Source: a virus
DNA: 64,000 nucleotides
IMG/VR virus record: IMGVR_UViG_3300045988_111426
Direction: 5' to 3' (one strand)
This document shows positions 1 through 8,196 of the stretch, piece after piece. A program made the position numbers and the translations under genes. Positions within the stretch are counted from its first letter, which is position 1; each line of letters starts with the position of its first letter. The notes under the pieces are model-generated. The model saw only the letters and a list, made by a program, of their open reading frames with translations, had not been told where the DNA came from and did not search any database.

Positions 1-157
1 CAGATGCTTCCTTCGAAATCGTACGAGCAATAGCTTCACGGAAAGAAGCCTGCTTGGCAGATGCCTTGGTAGCCTGCTTTGCAGAAGGATTCGATGCGCT
101 TTCGAATGCCTTTCTTGCACCAGCTGAATATCGCTTTAGTGATTTATTTCTAAGCAT
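1..157 (-). CDS. hypothetical protein, N-terminal part only (gene runs off left edge)
   Basis: ATG at 157..155, open to position 1. Own translation MLRNKSLKRYSAGARKAFESASNPSAKQATKASAKQ... Late-promoter-like motif at 188-203 upstream. Confidence 0.3.
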   Translation of the reverse strand, partial: MLRNKSLKRYSAGARKAFESASNPSAKQATKASAKQASFREAIARTISKEAS

Positions 158-192
158 AATTATTCTTGTTTTAATTCTTTTTTATGATTTCG

Positions 193-564
193 TTATTTAT
201 AAAACATACCTTCGTGTATGTTGATCGGATTGTCACCGAGAAGGTTCTTCTGTGTGAGTTTGTCTATGTAGTCATCAAGGTCTCGATATCTCCCAACGAC
301 GATATCTTCCCGACCACATTCACCTTCGATAATACCGAGCATTTCGGAATATGATAGAAGACAATAACGAATGCCGTTGAGTTCTATCATATAACCGTTA
401 GTTTCACCGAAGAAGACCTTATCTCCGACTTTCACATCTTTGTATTTCTCGTTACCACATACGACAACACCAACATTTCTCGGAGAATCGAAATCGAGGA
501 GCGCATCTTTACACAATTCTTCTACAAGAAAGTTGTTTCTTGTTAACTTGATTGATTTTTCCAT
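193..564 (-). CDS. GroES-fold co-chaperonin-like protein with C-terminal extension
   Basis: 'VVVCGNEKYKDVKVGDKVFFGETNGYMIELNGIRYCLLSYSEMLGIIE' parallels the GroES pattern 'VVAVG...VKVGDKVLFGKYAGTEV..DGEEYLIL.E.DILAVIE' (by eye). Confidence 0.4.
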   Translation of the reverse strand: MEKSIKLTRNNFLVEELCKDALLDFDSPRNVGVVVCGNEKYKDVKVGDKVFFGETNGYMIELNGIRYCLLSYSEMLGIIEGECGREDIVVGRYRDLDDYIDKLTQKNLLGDNPINIHEGMFYK

Positions 565-570
565 TCTTTT

Positions 571-2178
571 TTATTTGGAATACTCTATTGCAATGTTTAC
601 GGAGGACATTTCGTTTGGTGTCGTGAAAGTGTCCTTGTAAGAGATACCTTGAGAATCGGTAAAACCTCCACGAAGGGCTGCGATCTGTGATGGTCTCAAA
701 GAAATATTGCCCATTTCGTCCACATCGCCTTCATACTCTGGAACAAACACCACTTTGACGCTATCAACACCAACAATTCCGTCGATTTGGGAAACTATGT
801 CAGAATGGGTTATCTTTGTCAGCTTCTGTGAATCGAGAAGATAAGCAGAAAGTGCATGACGAATGTCGGATTGTACACGTTCAAAGTCCGTGGGCTTTCC
901 CTTCACTTCTCGGAAAAGTTCAACATAAAGATAAACCACAAATCTTCTGATCTCTGGATCGACAATGCTTATTGAAATGTCCAGAGATTTGTTACCATAC
1001 GACTTTATCGTGTTTATCAGTTTCTCCTTTTCATTTTCCTTTATAAAAAGGTGATCAGTTTCGAAATCGAAGTAGTCTTCGTTTCGAAGTATGAGTGATT
1101 TGAGCTTTGGAACAAGAACGACGGAATACTCATTGTGATGATTCACTTCTCTTTTGAAAACATCTATCAGAGAGAAGTAATTCATACGACGGAAGAAGTT
1201 CTCTATTGTTCGTTTATCGTGTATTACGAAGTTGCGAGAAATGTTTGGTGCGAGAATCTTTGTCATTTCTATTGGTTCTGAATCTGCACCAAATGATGGA
1301 TTGACCTCATTGACAGCAACAAAGATATCGGACATGTTTATCTCGTTTCCATAAGTGTCAAAGCAAGTGTCATTCAAGGAAAACAAGACAGTATCTTCAA
1401 AAACGTTCCCAATTGAACCACTCGTAGTGATGTAGTCCACTCTTATTTCTGCACCGAGCGGAGGTACTTCGTTATGTGATGCCTTCCCGAAGATGACATC
1501 AATCCCCGAAGTCATCCCAGTTTTCACCAAACATCCGCATTCTCCGTAAGGTATGTCGTAAAGTGAATCGTACTGAGGATATTCTTTTCCATTTACAGTA
1601 ACAATAACGAAGTCATTATCAAACATGTTCCACTGGGATGCATGAACTTCGAATGACTGAATGTCTTCACCTGTCCCTGTAAACGATTGATATTCGAGTT
1701 TTCCCTCTATTATGTTCAGAGAAACGTCTACTCTCTTTTGTATGTCGAAGATCTCGTAATCTTTACCAAGATCAAGCATGTAAATCAGACCATTCTGCAA
1801 GCATGTCAGCTTTGAATAGTTCGGTATAAAAACACGATTCCCAGTTATGAGATTCGTTTTTGCATCTGGCTTGACTTTCAGATTTATAACACCAGTTGCA
1901 GATTTCCCACGATAAGCGTTATAGCCTTGAAGTCTGGCCAAGCCATAAACGGATGATTGTCTGTTTGCAGTGTGGAAGTTTGTTTGATTTGCGGAATCCG
2001 TGATATAATAATAAATGTTCTGCATGTGGTTCTGCAAAACAATGAGAATCTGACCAAATGGGGATGAATACGAGAATGAACGAATATCAGTCTTGTACTT
2101 TTGGATTAGGAAGTTTATGGTGTCGTTGAGTGTGTCGTATGCCTTTATTCTCAATTTTGATAAGAAATCCGCAATCAT
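571..2178 (-). CDS. baseplate wedge protein (Baseplate_J / T4 gp6-like), tentative
   Basis: 535 aa. 'LARLQGYNAYRGKSATGVINLKV' resembles the Baseplate_J core (by eye). Late-promoter-like motif at 2190-2205 upstream. Confidence 0.35.
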   Translation of the reverse strand: MIADFLSKLRIKAYDTLNDTINFLIQKYKTDIRSFSYSSPFGQILIVLQNHMQNIYYYITDSANQTNFHTANRQSSVYGLARLQGYNAYRGKSATGVINLKVKPDAKTNLITGNRVFIPNYSKLTCLQNGLIYMLDLGKDYEIFDIQKRVDVSLNIIEGKLEYQSFTGTGEDIQSFEVHASQWNMFDNDFVIVTVNGKEYPQYDSLYDIPYGECGCLVKTGMTSGIDVIFGKASHNEVPPLGAEIRVDYITTSGSIGNVFEDTVLFSLNDTCFDTYGNEINMSDIFVAVNEVNPSFGADSEPIEMTKILAPNISRNFVIHDKRTIENFFRRMNYFSLIDVFKREVNHHNEYSVVLVPKLKSLILRNEDYFDFETDHLFIKENEKEKLINTIKSYGNKSLDISISIVDPEIRRFVVYLYVELFREVKGKPTDFERVQSDIRHALSAYLLDSQKLTKITHSDIVSQIDGIVGVDSVKVVFVPEYEGDVDEMGNISLRPSQIAALRGGFTDSQGISYKDTFTTPNEMSSVNIAIEYSK

Positions 2179-2226
2179 TCTTTTCCGAGTTTCTTTTATT
2201 TAACCGTCAAATAAAAGAAAAGTACG

Positions 2227-2934
2227 ATGGAGCTTGTATCAGAAACGATAATGAGGATGTCTCAATCTGTGCCTTATTCTACCATAGTCAGTAGATCAAA
2301 GAAGTGGTTTGATGATGTTTATGTGATGAAAGAGAAGAAACCTGCGGAAGAATCTCGAACACCTATTCCAAAGATCGGAAAGATTTACACGTGGTTCTAT
2401 GATCCATTAACTAAGGACGAAATGGACTTCTTCTCGTGGTGTCCACTAACTTTCATAATAGGTTACAAAGTGACCTCGGGAGGTCATCTTCTTCCATATG
2501 GAATAAACCTGTCGTTTATACCTCCGTCGATGCGTATAAAAATCCTCGACACGATAATAAGGCTTTGGAATACGCAAGTCATAAATCCTAACATAGAAAA
2601 GATAAAAGCGGGAGAAACACCGATATTGGACATTCCTCTTTATTATGATGTCGCAAAGAAAGTCCTGCAAAATAGTGGTTTTGAGTTTGCAATCAGATCA
2701 TACAGGCTTGAAAGATTCCAATCCTCACCAATGATTGTTTCGTATGAAGATTGGTACAAGATTTGCACATTTCCGATAAGATATATCGAGAAAATGCAGA
2801 TAAGAGCGATCTATTGGAGATATTGGAGAAGTCTTGATGGAAGTGGTATAGGAAAGCACAAAAATGTGGAAATTGTAAAAACAAAGATAAAAGAAGTACA
2901 AGACTATGTGAAGAAAAGAGAATCAAGGAAATGA
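2227..2934 (+). CDS. hypothetical protein (weak resemblance to T4 gp2-type DNA end protector)
   Basis: 235-aa plus-strand ORF, divergent from the baseplate gene. It ends at a convergent hairpin terminator (3008-3041). The 'IGKIYTWFYDPLTKDEMDFFSWCPL..YGINLSFIPPSMRIKIL' pattern is recalled from memory only. Confidence 0.45.
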   Translation: MELVSETIMRMSQSVPYSTIVSRSKKWFDDVYVMKEKKPAEESRTPIPKIGKIYTWFYDPLTKDEMDFFSWCPLTFIIGYKVTSGGHLLPYGINLSFIPPSMRIKILDTIIRLWNTQVINPNIEKIKAGETPILDIPLYYDVAKKVLQNSGFEFAIRSYRLERFQSSPMIVSYEDWYKICTFPIRYIEKMQIRAIYWRYWRSLDGSGIGKHKNVEIVKTKIKEVQDYVKKRESRK

Positions 2935-3007
2935 CGGAGAGGTATTTTCCTTGCGCTCTGATATTCACAGAGGTAGTTCGGTAAGGAGAAACATCCTCAA
3001 ACACAAG

Positions 3008-3041
3008 GAGAGGGCAAGGAAATAGTTTTCCTTGCCCTCTC
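3008..3041. terminator. perfect 15-bp hairpin at a convergent gene junction
   Basis: gagagggcaaggaaa-tagt-tttccttgccctctc, between the stop of 2227..2934 (+) and the stop of 3081..3494 (-). Arms belong to the TTTCCTTGC repeat family. Confidence 0.65.
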
Positions 3042-3080
3042 TGATTTCGTGTTATGAATCTTTCCTTCTACTATTACTGG

Positions 3081-3494
3081 TTAATAAGCGAGGAAGTAAT
3101 AACCGTTGTGTTCGAAGTAGTCGCCCATAAGAAGGTCACGTCTGAAACTATCGTAGTCGAAGTAACGATAAATCGTGTCTGGATTAGCTGCACCTTCAAT
3201 ACATGGGTCGATGTAGAGTTCGTTTACCATATCTTCAAATCCATCATCATCACACTGGTAGTTTTCTTCTGCCTTCTCGATGAGCGCATCAGCAAGTTCC
3301 TTCTGCAAGTCGATTTCTGAGTAGTAGTCATCATAGTCTTCTGAGATTTCGAATTCCCCTGCTTCCTTTTCGTCGTCGTATTCGAAGTCAATATCGACTT
3401 CAACATTACAATAGCCACTTTCAAAGTAGGCGATCACTGCGTCATAGTCGATGTGGCAGTTGTCCTTGATGTATTCTCTAATAGTCGTCGTCAT
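3081..3494 (-). CDS. ArdA-like acidic anti-restriction protein paralogue 1
   Basis: 137 aa, D/E-rich. C-terminus 'IYRYFDYDSFRRDLLMGDYFEHNGYYF' matches the ArdA C-terminal motif (Tn916 Orf18 '..YIDYQAYGRDLDLSGTFISTNHGIF', recalled). Confidence 0.55.
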   Translation of the reverse strand: MTTTIREYIKDNCHIDYDAVIAYFESGYCNVEVDIDFEYDDEKEAGEFEISEDYDDYYSEIDLQKELADALIEKAEENYQCDDDGFEDMVNELYIDPCIEGAANPDTIYRYFDYDSFRRDLLMGDYFEHNGYYFLAY

Positions 3495-3512
3495 AATCTT
3501 TTGTTTTTTAGA

Positions 3513-3526
3513 TTTCGTTATTTAAA
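3513..3526 (-). promoter_or_regulatory. late-promoter-like motif (minus strand TTTAAATAACGAAA)
   Basis: About 20 nt upstream of the ATG at 3494. It directly follows the 3528-3584 hairpin. Confidence 0.4.
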
Positions 3527-3527
3527 T

Positions 3528-3584
3528 GAACGAGGGGGGGGGTCACGTAATAAAAGATAACTACGTGACCCCCCCCCCTCGTTC
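3528..3584 (-). terminator. 22-bp stem hairpin containing G9/C10 homopolymer tracts
   Basis: gaacga-G9-tcacgta / tacgtga-C10-tcgttc with a 12-nt loop, in the only long spacer of the ArdA-like array. Confidence 0.55.
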
Positions 3585-3614
3585 GATTCTTTTACGTTTA
3601 TTAGTTTCTCTCGA

Positions 3615-3995
3615 CTAATGTCCGATGAACCAATAACCATTGTGTTCGAAGAAACCATCTACAAAAAGATGTTCTCTGAACTTATCATAATCGAAGAAGC
3701 GATAAATCCCCTTCGGATCAGCTCCATCACCGATGTATGAATCGATATAGTGATCGTTCACCATGTCTTCAAACGAAGCTTCATCACATTGATAAACGCT
3801 TTCTGCCTTATCAATGAGTTTATCTGCGAGTTCCTTCTGAATATCGATTTCCATGGCTTCGAATCCTCCTGCTTCCTTTTCGTCGTATTCGAAGTCGATA
3901 TCGATACCACTGACACTGGTATCATATTCGTAATAGGCGATTACTGCTTCGTAAGGAATATGGCAGTTGTCTTTGATATAGTCTCTGATAGTCAT
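3615..3995 (-). CDS. ArdA-like acidic protein paralogue 2
   Basis: 126 aa. 'MTIRDYIKDNCHIPYEAVIAYY..' and C-terminus 'IYRFFDYDKFREHLFVDGFFEHNGYWF'. Closely related to paralogue 1. Confidence 0.55.
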   Translation of the reverse strand: MTIRDYIKDNCHIPYEAVIAYYEYDTSVSGIDIDFEYDEKEAGGFEAMEIDIQKELADKLIDKAESVYQCDEASFEDMVNDHYIDSYIGDGADPKGIYRFFDYDKFREHLFVDGFFEHNGYWFIGH

Positions 3996-4007
3996 TTTTT
4001 CGTATTT

Positions 4008-4343
4008 TTAGAATGATGAGAACACGTAGTTGTCTTTTACTGTGTAGCCACGATCAATGAGCATCTGCTTATACGATTCATAATCGAAGAACTCTCGGAT
4101 GTAGCTGATGTCGCTCATGTTCTTCAACATTGGGATGATGAAAAATCTGTCGACAGTATCTTCGAGGTTTTCTTCAAGACAGAAGAACTCGATATCTGCA
4201 GTTTCGACGAAATATTCCACTTTCTTTTCAAACTGAGAATAATCGTCTTCAAGAGAGAATCCAAATCTGTCACCGAACAACTCGTAAAATTTGAGATACA
4301 TCTTCGATTCGAAGAGACCTTCTAAGTATTCTTTAATTGTCAT
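4008..4343 (-). CDS. ArdA-like acidic protein paralogue 3 (divergent)
   Basis: 111 aa. 'MTIKEYL..' leader and C-terminus 'IREFFDYESYKQMLIDRGYTVKDNYVF'. Confidence 0.4.
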   Translation of the reverse strand: MTIKEYLEGLFESKMYLKFYELFGDRFGFSLEDDYSQFEKKVEYFVETADIEFFCLEENLEDTVDRFFIIPMLKNMSDISYIREFFDYESYKQMLIDRGYTVKDNYVFSSF

Positions 4344-4361
4344 ATTTCTCTTTTCTTCTTA

Positions 4362-4754
4362 TTACCACTCTTCAGCTCTGAAGTGATAACCGTTATCTTC
4401 ATACCAATCACCCATTTCATCAAGCGTATGATAGAAATGTGTCCATGGGTCTTCTTCCCATTTCTCTCTCCATTCTTGGAGTTCTTCATCATCCTCAAGA
4501 TCATCACCATAGCACTCATCGAAGTATCTCAGAGCATCTTCCTTAGAGTTGATTGGATATTCAGCTATGGCACGGTCACGTGCCTGTTCTACGAGTTCTT
4601 CGGTCTCATCTTGAAAGTCTTCATATTCGTCGTTCTCTATATCGAGATCACGAAGATCTTCACCTACGTCGATATCTTCTGTTCCAGCACATGCGATGTA
4701 CGCAAAGACGAGATCTGCGTCGGGTAGCGTCTTGATATATTCTTCTACAGTCAT
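4362..4754 (-). CDS. ArdA-like acidic protein paralogue 4
   Basis: 130 aa. 'MTVEEYIKTLPDADLVFAYIAC' and C-terminus '..DEMGDWYEDNGYHF'. Very acidic. Confidence 0.45.
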   Translation of the reverse strand: MTVEEYIKTLPDADLVFAYIACAGTEDIDVGEDLRDLDIENDEYEDFQDETEELVEQARDRAIAEYPINSKEDALRYFDECYGDDLEDDEELQEWREKWEEDPWTHFYHTLDEMGDWYEDNGYHFRAEEW

Positions 4755-4769
4755 GTTTCTTTTTCTTTT

Positions 4770-5159
4770 TTACATGTTATAAGTGTCCATGAAGTAGTAA
4801 CCATCTTGTTCAAACCAAGGACATATTTCATCAATCGATTGGAAGAACTTAGTCCACGGATCTTTTTCCCATATTGCCTTATATTCTAAGTATTCTGGAT
4901 CGTTGCCACTACCATCACCAACGCAAGTCTTGAGATACTCGTAGATGTCTTCCTCAGTTCTTACTGGATATGGGTACATGCAATTATTGAATGATCCGTA
5001 TATGAGCTTATCGGCTTTATCTTTGACATCTTCGTATTCATCGTTGTCGATATCAATATCCACGGTTTCTTTTCCATACTTCCCATCTTTGACACATTCG
5101 ATATACGCAAAGATGAGACCTGCGTCTTCAAGTGTGTTGATGTATTCTCTTACAGTCAT
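4770..5159 (-). CDS. ArdA-like acidic protein paralogue 5
   Basis: 129 aa. 'MTVREYINTLEDAGLIFAYIEC' and C-terminus '..DEICPWFEQDGYYF'. Confidence 0.45.
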   Translation of the reverse strand: MTVREYINTLEDAGLIFAYIECVKDGKYGKETVDIDIDNDEYEDVKDKADKLIYGSFNNCMYPYPVRTEEDIYEYLKTCVGDGSGNDPEYLEYKAIWEKDPWTKFFQSIDEICPWFEQDGYYFMDTYNM

Positions 5160-5184
5160 TTTCTTATTATTTCTTTATGTTTTA

Positions 5185-5586
5185 TTACCAAGCACCAACC
5201 ACGAAATAATAACCGTTGTATTCAGCCCAGTTATCACTCATCGTATCGAGCAATTGATGGAGCATTCCGAGTGGGTCATCTTCGAATCTCTTTCTTCCTT
5301 CTTGGATATCTACGTCTGGATCATTTTCATGACCATGACAAGTTTCATCGTAGTATCTGAGAATATCTCCTTCGGATGTGATTGGGTAGTCGGTGAGTGC
5401 ACGATCACGAGCTTCTTCTACAAATGCATCGATGTAGTCTTTGACATCTTCGTACTGTTTGTGGAATATGAAAATGTCAAAATCTTCAAATTCCGCACCT
5501 GTGAGATATTCGAAGATGATGCAATTGATATACGCAAAGATGAGATCTTTGTCGGGTAACGATTCGACATATTCTTCTGCGGTCAT
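5185..5586 (-). CDS. ArdA-like acidic protein paralogue 6
   Basis: 133 aa. 'MTAEEYVESLPDKDLIFAYINC' and C-terminus '..MSDNWAEYNGYYF'. Confidence 0.45.
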   Translation of the reverse strand: MTAEEYVESLPDKDLIFAYINCIIFEYLTGAEFEDFDIFIFHKQYEDVKDYIDAFVEEARDRALTDYPITSEGDILRYYDETCHGHENDPDVDIQEGRKRFEDDPLGMLHQLLDTMSDNWAEYNGYYFVVGAW

Positions 5587-5628
5587 ATTTGTTTCTTATT
5601 AAGATTGTTTCTTTATTTGTTGCGGAAG

Positions 5629-6039
5629 CTATCCACGTTCGTAATCTTTTTCCATCATGTAGAAAAAGTAACCGTCGTGTTCGAACATGCCGTCTTCCAC
5701 AAGATCTTCGAAATAGGCGACCATCATTGCGTTTTCGTCACCACCATACATTTGAAGGACATCTTCGTAATCACCTCCTTCTCGGAGAAGTTCGATACAT
5801 CCGTCGTTTTTGACGAACTCTACCATTTCCTCCTCATTAGTGGCGTAACACATGAACGTCGTACGAGCATTCTTGATTATTTCATCGATATGTTTGGAGA
5901 CATCTTCGTATTCCAGTTTCAAGAACTTGTCGACATCTTTAGTTCCGACTTTGTCCTCGTATTGGTGTATCACACAGGCGACATATGCTCGGATGATGTC
6001 TCTGTCTTCGAGTTGATTGATGTATGATTTGATCGTCAT
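5629..6039 (-). CDS. ArdA-like acidic protein paralogue 7
   Basis: 136 aa. 'MTIKSYINQLEDRDIIRAYVAC' and C-terminus '..LVEDGMFEHDGYFF'. Confidence 0.4.
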   Translation of the reverse strand: MTIKSYINQLEDRDIIRAYVACVIHQYEDKVGTKDVDKFLKLEYEDVSKHIDEIIKNARTTFMCYATNEEEMVEFVKNDGCIELLREGGDYEDVLQMYGGDENAMMVAYFEDLVEDGMFEHDGYFFYMMEKDYERG

Positions 6040-6044
6040 TGTCG

Positions 6045-6269
6045 TTATTCTTCAGAGTTTACTTCTTCTGATTCCGATTCTGTTATGGTGTCTATACCAT
6101 CTCTTACGAACTTTTGTATTTTCCCAAAACTGATCGTGTCGTCGTCATCAATGTCAATGGAGAGATCTTTTTCAAACCATCCATTGTTCCGAACATATTT
6201 CAAGATATCAGAAACTGAGATTTTTCCTATAGACTTACAAATGTCTATTATACAATCCTTGATCGTCAT
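6045..6269 (-). CDS. short acidic protein sharing the array's N-terminal leader
   Basis: 74 aa. 'MTIKDCI..' leader and acidic tail 'ESESEEVNSEE'; lacks the C-terminal ArdA-type motif. Late-promoter-like motif at 6299-6312 upstream. Confidence 0.4.
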   Translation of the reverse strand: MTIKDCIIDICKSIGKISVSDILKYVRNNGWFEKDLSIDIDDDDTISFGKIQKFVRDGIDTITESESEEVNSEE

Positions 6270-6298
6270 AATCGTCTTTCAACACCGAGGTATAAAGG

Positions 6299-6312
6299 TT
6301 TCGTTATTTAAA
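6299..6312 (-). promoter_or_regulatory. late-promoter-like motif (TTTAAATAACGAAA)
   Basis: 30 nt upstream of the ATG at 6269, at the head of the acidic-protein array. Confidence 0.4.
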
Positions 6313-6325
6313 AGACGATATGTTT

Positions 6326-6541
6326 TCAGAACGACCACGTGTCGCTACCTTCAGCATTTTCACCTACGCCAATAACTATTGTGGGTTCTGGTTCTGATAT
6401 CTGGAAGTTGTAGTGGATGAGGTTGTCTTTTGATGATCTCGCATCTATGAAGTCCGATATCGAAATCACTAACAATCCGAATATTGCGGTTATTATTATC
6501 GAGATTACGGCTATTACTACGTTTTGCTTTAAATCGTCCAT
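6326..6541 (-). CDS. small single-pass membrane protein
   Basis: 71 aa with hydrophobic segment 'VVIAVISIIITAIFGLLVISI'. Confidence 0.45.
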   Translation of the reverse strand: MDDLKQNVVIAVISIIITAIFGLLVISISDFIDARSSKDNLIHYNFQISEPEPTIVIGVGENAEGSDTWSF

Positions 6542-6566
6542 TTTTCTTGTTAGTATCGTCGTGGTT

Positions 6567-6689
6567 TTACATGAAGAAACTCATGATGACCATAACACAC
6601 GATACAATGAAAACGATCATGGACATGATCAAGATGAGGAAAAGTGATGCACCGATCACTACTAACGTATTTAAGATCTTACGGATCAT
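6567..6689 (-). CDS. 40-aa hydrophobic micro-protein (below ORF-track cutoff)
   Basis: Own translation MIRKILNTLVVIGASLFLILIMSMIVFIVSCVMVIMSFFM*. ATG at 6689..6687. Confidence 0.35.
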   Translation of the reverse strand: MIRKILNTLVVIGASLFLILIMSMIVFIVSCVMVIMSFFM

Positions 6690-6732
6690 TTTGTGGGGTT
6701 GTTATTTGTTGTTCTTCTTGTTTCTTTCGTCG

Positions 6733-6794
6733 TTTTTATATGTTGTGGATGGTGGCCAGATTTTCTCATCACCACCCTCCACAACATATAAAAA
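6733..6794 (-). terminator. 23-bp stem hairpin (one mismatch)
   Basis: tttttatatgttgtggatggtgg / ccaccctccacaacatataaaaa, with A/T runs on both flanks. Confidence 0.55.
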
Positions 6795-6826
6795 ACGTTT
6801 CTATTTCTTCTAACCTTCTAATCTTC

Positions 6827-6943
6827 TCAGATGAGAATGATCGATTGAATAATCACCATCACGAGCATCAAGACAATAGTCGCAATTATGCCGTTGGTGA
6901 CTATTTTCGTCACGTCAACATTCTTCTTTCTTTTCTTGTTCAT
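6827..6943 (-). CDS. 38-aa single-TM micro-protein, ATGA-coupled to primase stop
   Basis: Own translation MNKKRKKNVDVTKIVTNGIIATIVLMLVMVIIQSIILI*. Its ATG (6943..6941) overlaps the TGA (6942..6940) of the upstream gene. Confidence 0.4.
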   Translation of the reverse strand: MNKKRKKNVDVTKIVTNGIIATIVLMLVMVIIQSIILI

Positions 6944-8118
6944 ATGTAAAGTGTATCAAATTCATCATTACCAAAGTACTTCTCCAAGACACCCATATTG
7001 AAGTTTGGGAATTTTCTGACTATGTCGTTCATATCTTTGCACGTGTAAGCAATATCTGGGAAATCTTCTGCAAACTTTGCCCACAAGAAGGTGTTGTAAC
7101 CACCATTTATCAGTTCCAATGACTTCTTTTTGCCTGCCATATCAAGGAGCGTATTATCGGTGATGTAGTATGCGCTCTTGTTATAGACAAAGTTTGAAAG
7201 TCCCCAACATGCGATCGAATTGTCCACGAAGTAGGCATCGAAAGTCCCTTCAAGAATGTTGTATCTTCGAGAGAAGTCAATATGCAACGAGTTCCATATC
7301 ATTGATATCTTGTCAAACTTCACGGAAAGCTCTTCGAAACCCTTCGGCTGAAGCTGGAAAATGTCAGTCCATATTTTAGACCATGACATCGTTGTAAACC
7401 TTCTCCGTGACTTCGGAGAGAGGTGCTTGATCTGCACACCTATCACATCACGCATATTCTTCGCAAGATTGAAAACATAAAGGTCTTCATACTTCTCGTT
7501 ATATGCAAACGTCCTCAATCTGTTTTCGTAAAGATCGGTTTTATCGGTGATCACTGCTCTTTTTCGGAGATATTCGATGAGCGCAGGTGATCTTCTGACT
7601 TCTCGGAGATGTTTTGCGCCCATTATCTCTTCTCTTGGAAATGCGTAATCGTTGACTTCTGGGACTTGCGTCGATATGTGACCATCTTTGTCGATAATGT
7701 CACGACCAGTGACTTTGATCGATTTGTCGGTTTTCGCAAGACCACTTTTCATGAAGTCCTCGAAAACTCGCTTGATGTGAGAAAGTTCTACATGCGTGAA
7801 ACTGTACTGAAGTCCGTACTCATGTATGAGATTGTACAAAGAGCCAAACGGCTTGTGACAATCGTTGTAGCATTTATAAGAGTAGTTTTGGAAGTATATG
7901 TGAAATCTCCTCTTGTATGAACTGCTACCATCTCCACAATGTGGACATCCACAATTAATATCACGGCTTGTCATACTTATCTTCGCTTTGTATGACGTAC
8001 CGAACTTGGATACGAGCACAGACTTGAACAAAGGGATGAACTTTCTTATGAACTCGTCATGAGAAAACGACTCTGTTTCCGTAGAAAAATCGAAGATTCC
8101 TTGCACATTTTCCATCAT
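6940..8118 (-). CDS. DNA primase (T4 gp61-like, CHC2-type zinc finger)
   Basis: 'CPHCGDGSSSYKRRFHIYFQNYSYKCYNDCHKPFGSLYNLI' matches the primase Zn-ribbon pattern. Adjacent to the SSB gene. Confidence 0.6.
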   Translation of the reverse strand: MMENVQGIFDFSTETESFSHDEFIRKFIPLFKSVLVSKFGTSYKAKISMTSRDINCGCPHCGDGSSSYKRRFHIYFQNYSYKCYNDCHKPFGSLYNLIHEYGLQYSFTHVELSHIKRVFEDFMKSGLAKTDKSIKVTGRDIIDKDGHISTQVPEVNDYAFPREEIMGAKHLREVRRSPALIEYLRKRAVITDKTDLYENRLRTFAYNEKYEDLYVFNLAKNMRDVIGVQIKHLSPKSRRRFTTMSWSKIWTDIFQLQPKGFEELSVKFDKISMIWNSLHIDFSRRYNILEGTFDAYFVDNSIACWGLSNFVYNKSAYYITDNTLLDMAGKKKSLELINGGYNTFLWAKFAEDFPDIAYTCKDMNDIVRKFPNFNMGVLEKYFGNDEFDTLYI

Positions 8119-8130
8119 TCATCTTATACA

Positions 8131-8168
8131 GAAGCCCCCTTGAACATTTTCACATCCAAGGGGGCTTC
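8131..8168 (-). terminator. 12-bp stem hairpin after the SSB gene
   Basis: gaagcccccttg / caagggggcttc with a 14-nt loop. Confidence 0.5.
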
Positions 8169-8196
8169 AAGCTTCAACTAAACATCAATCAATTAG

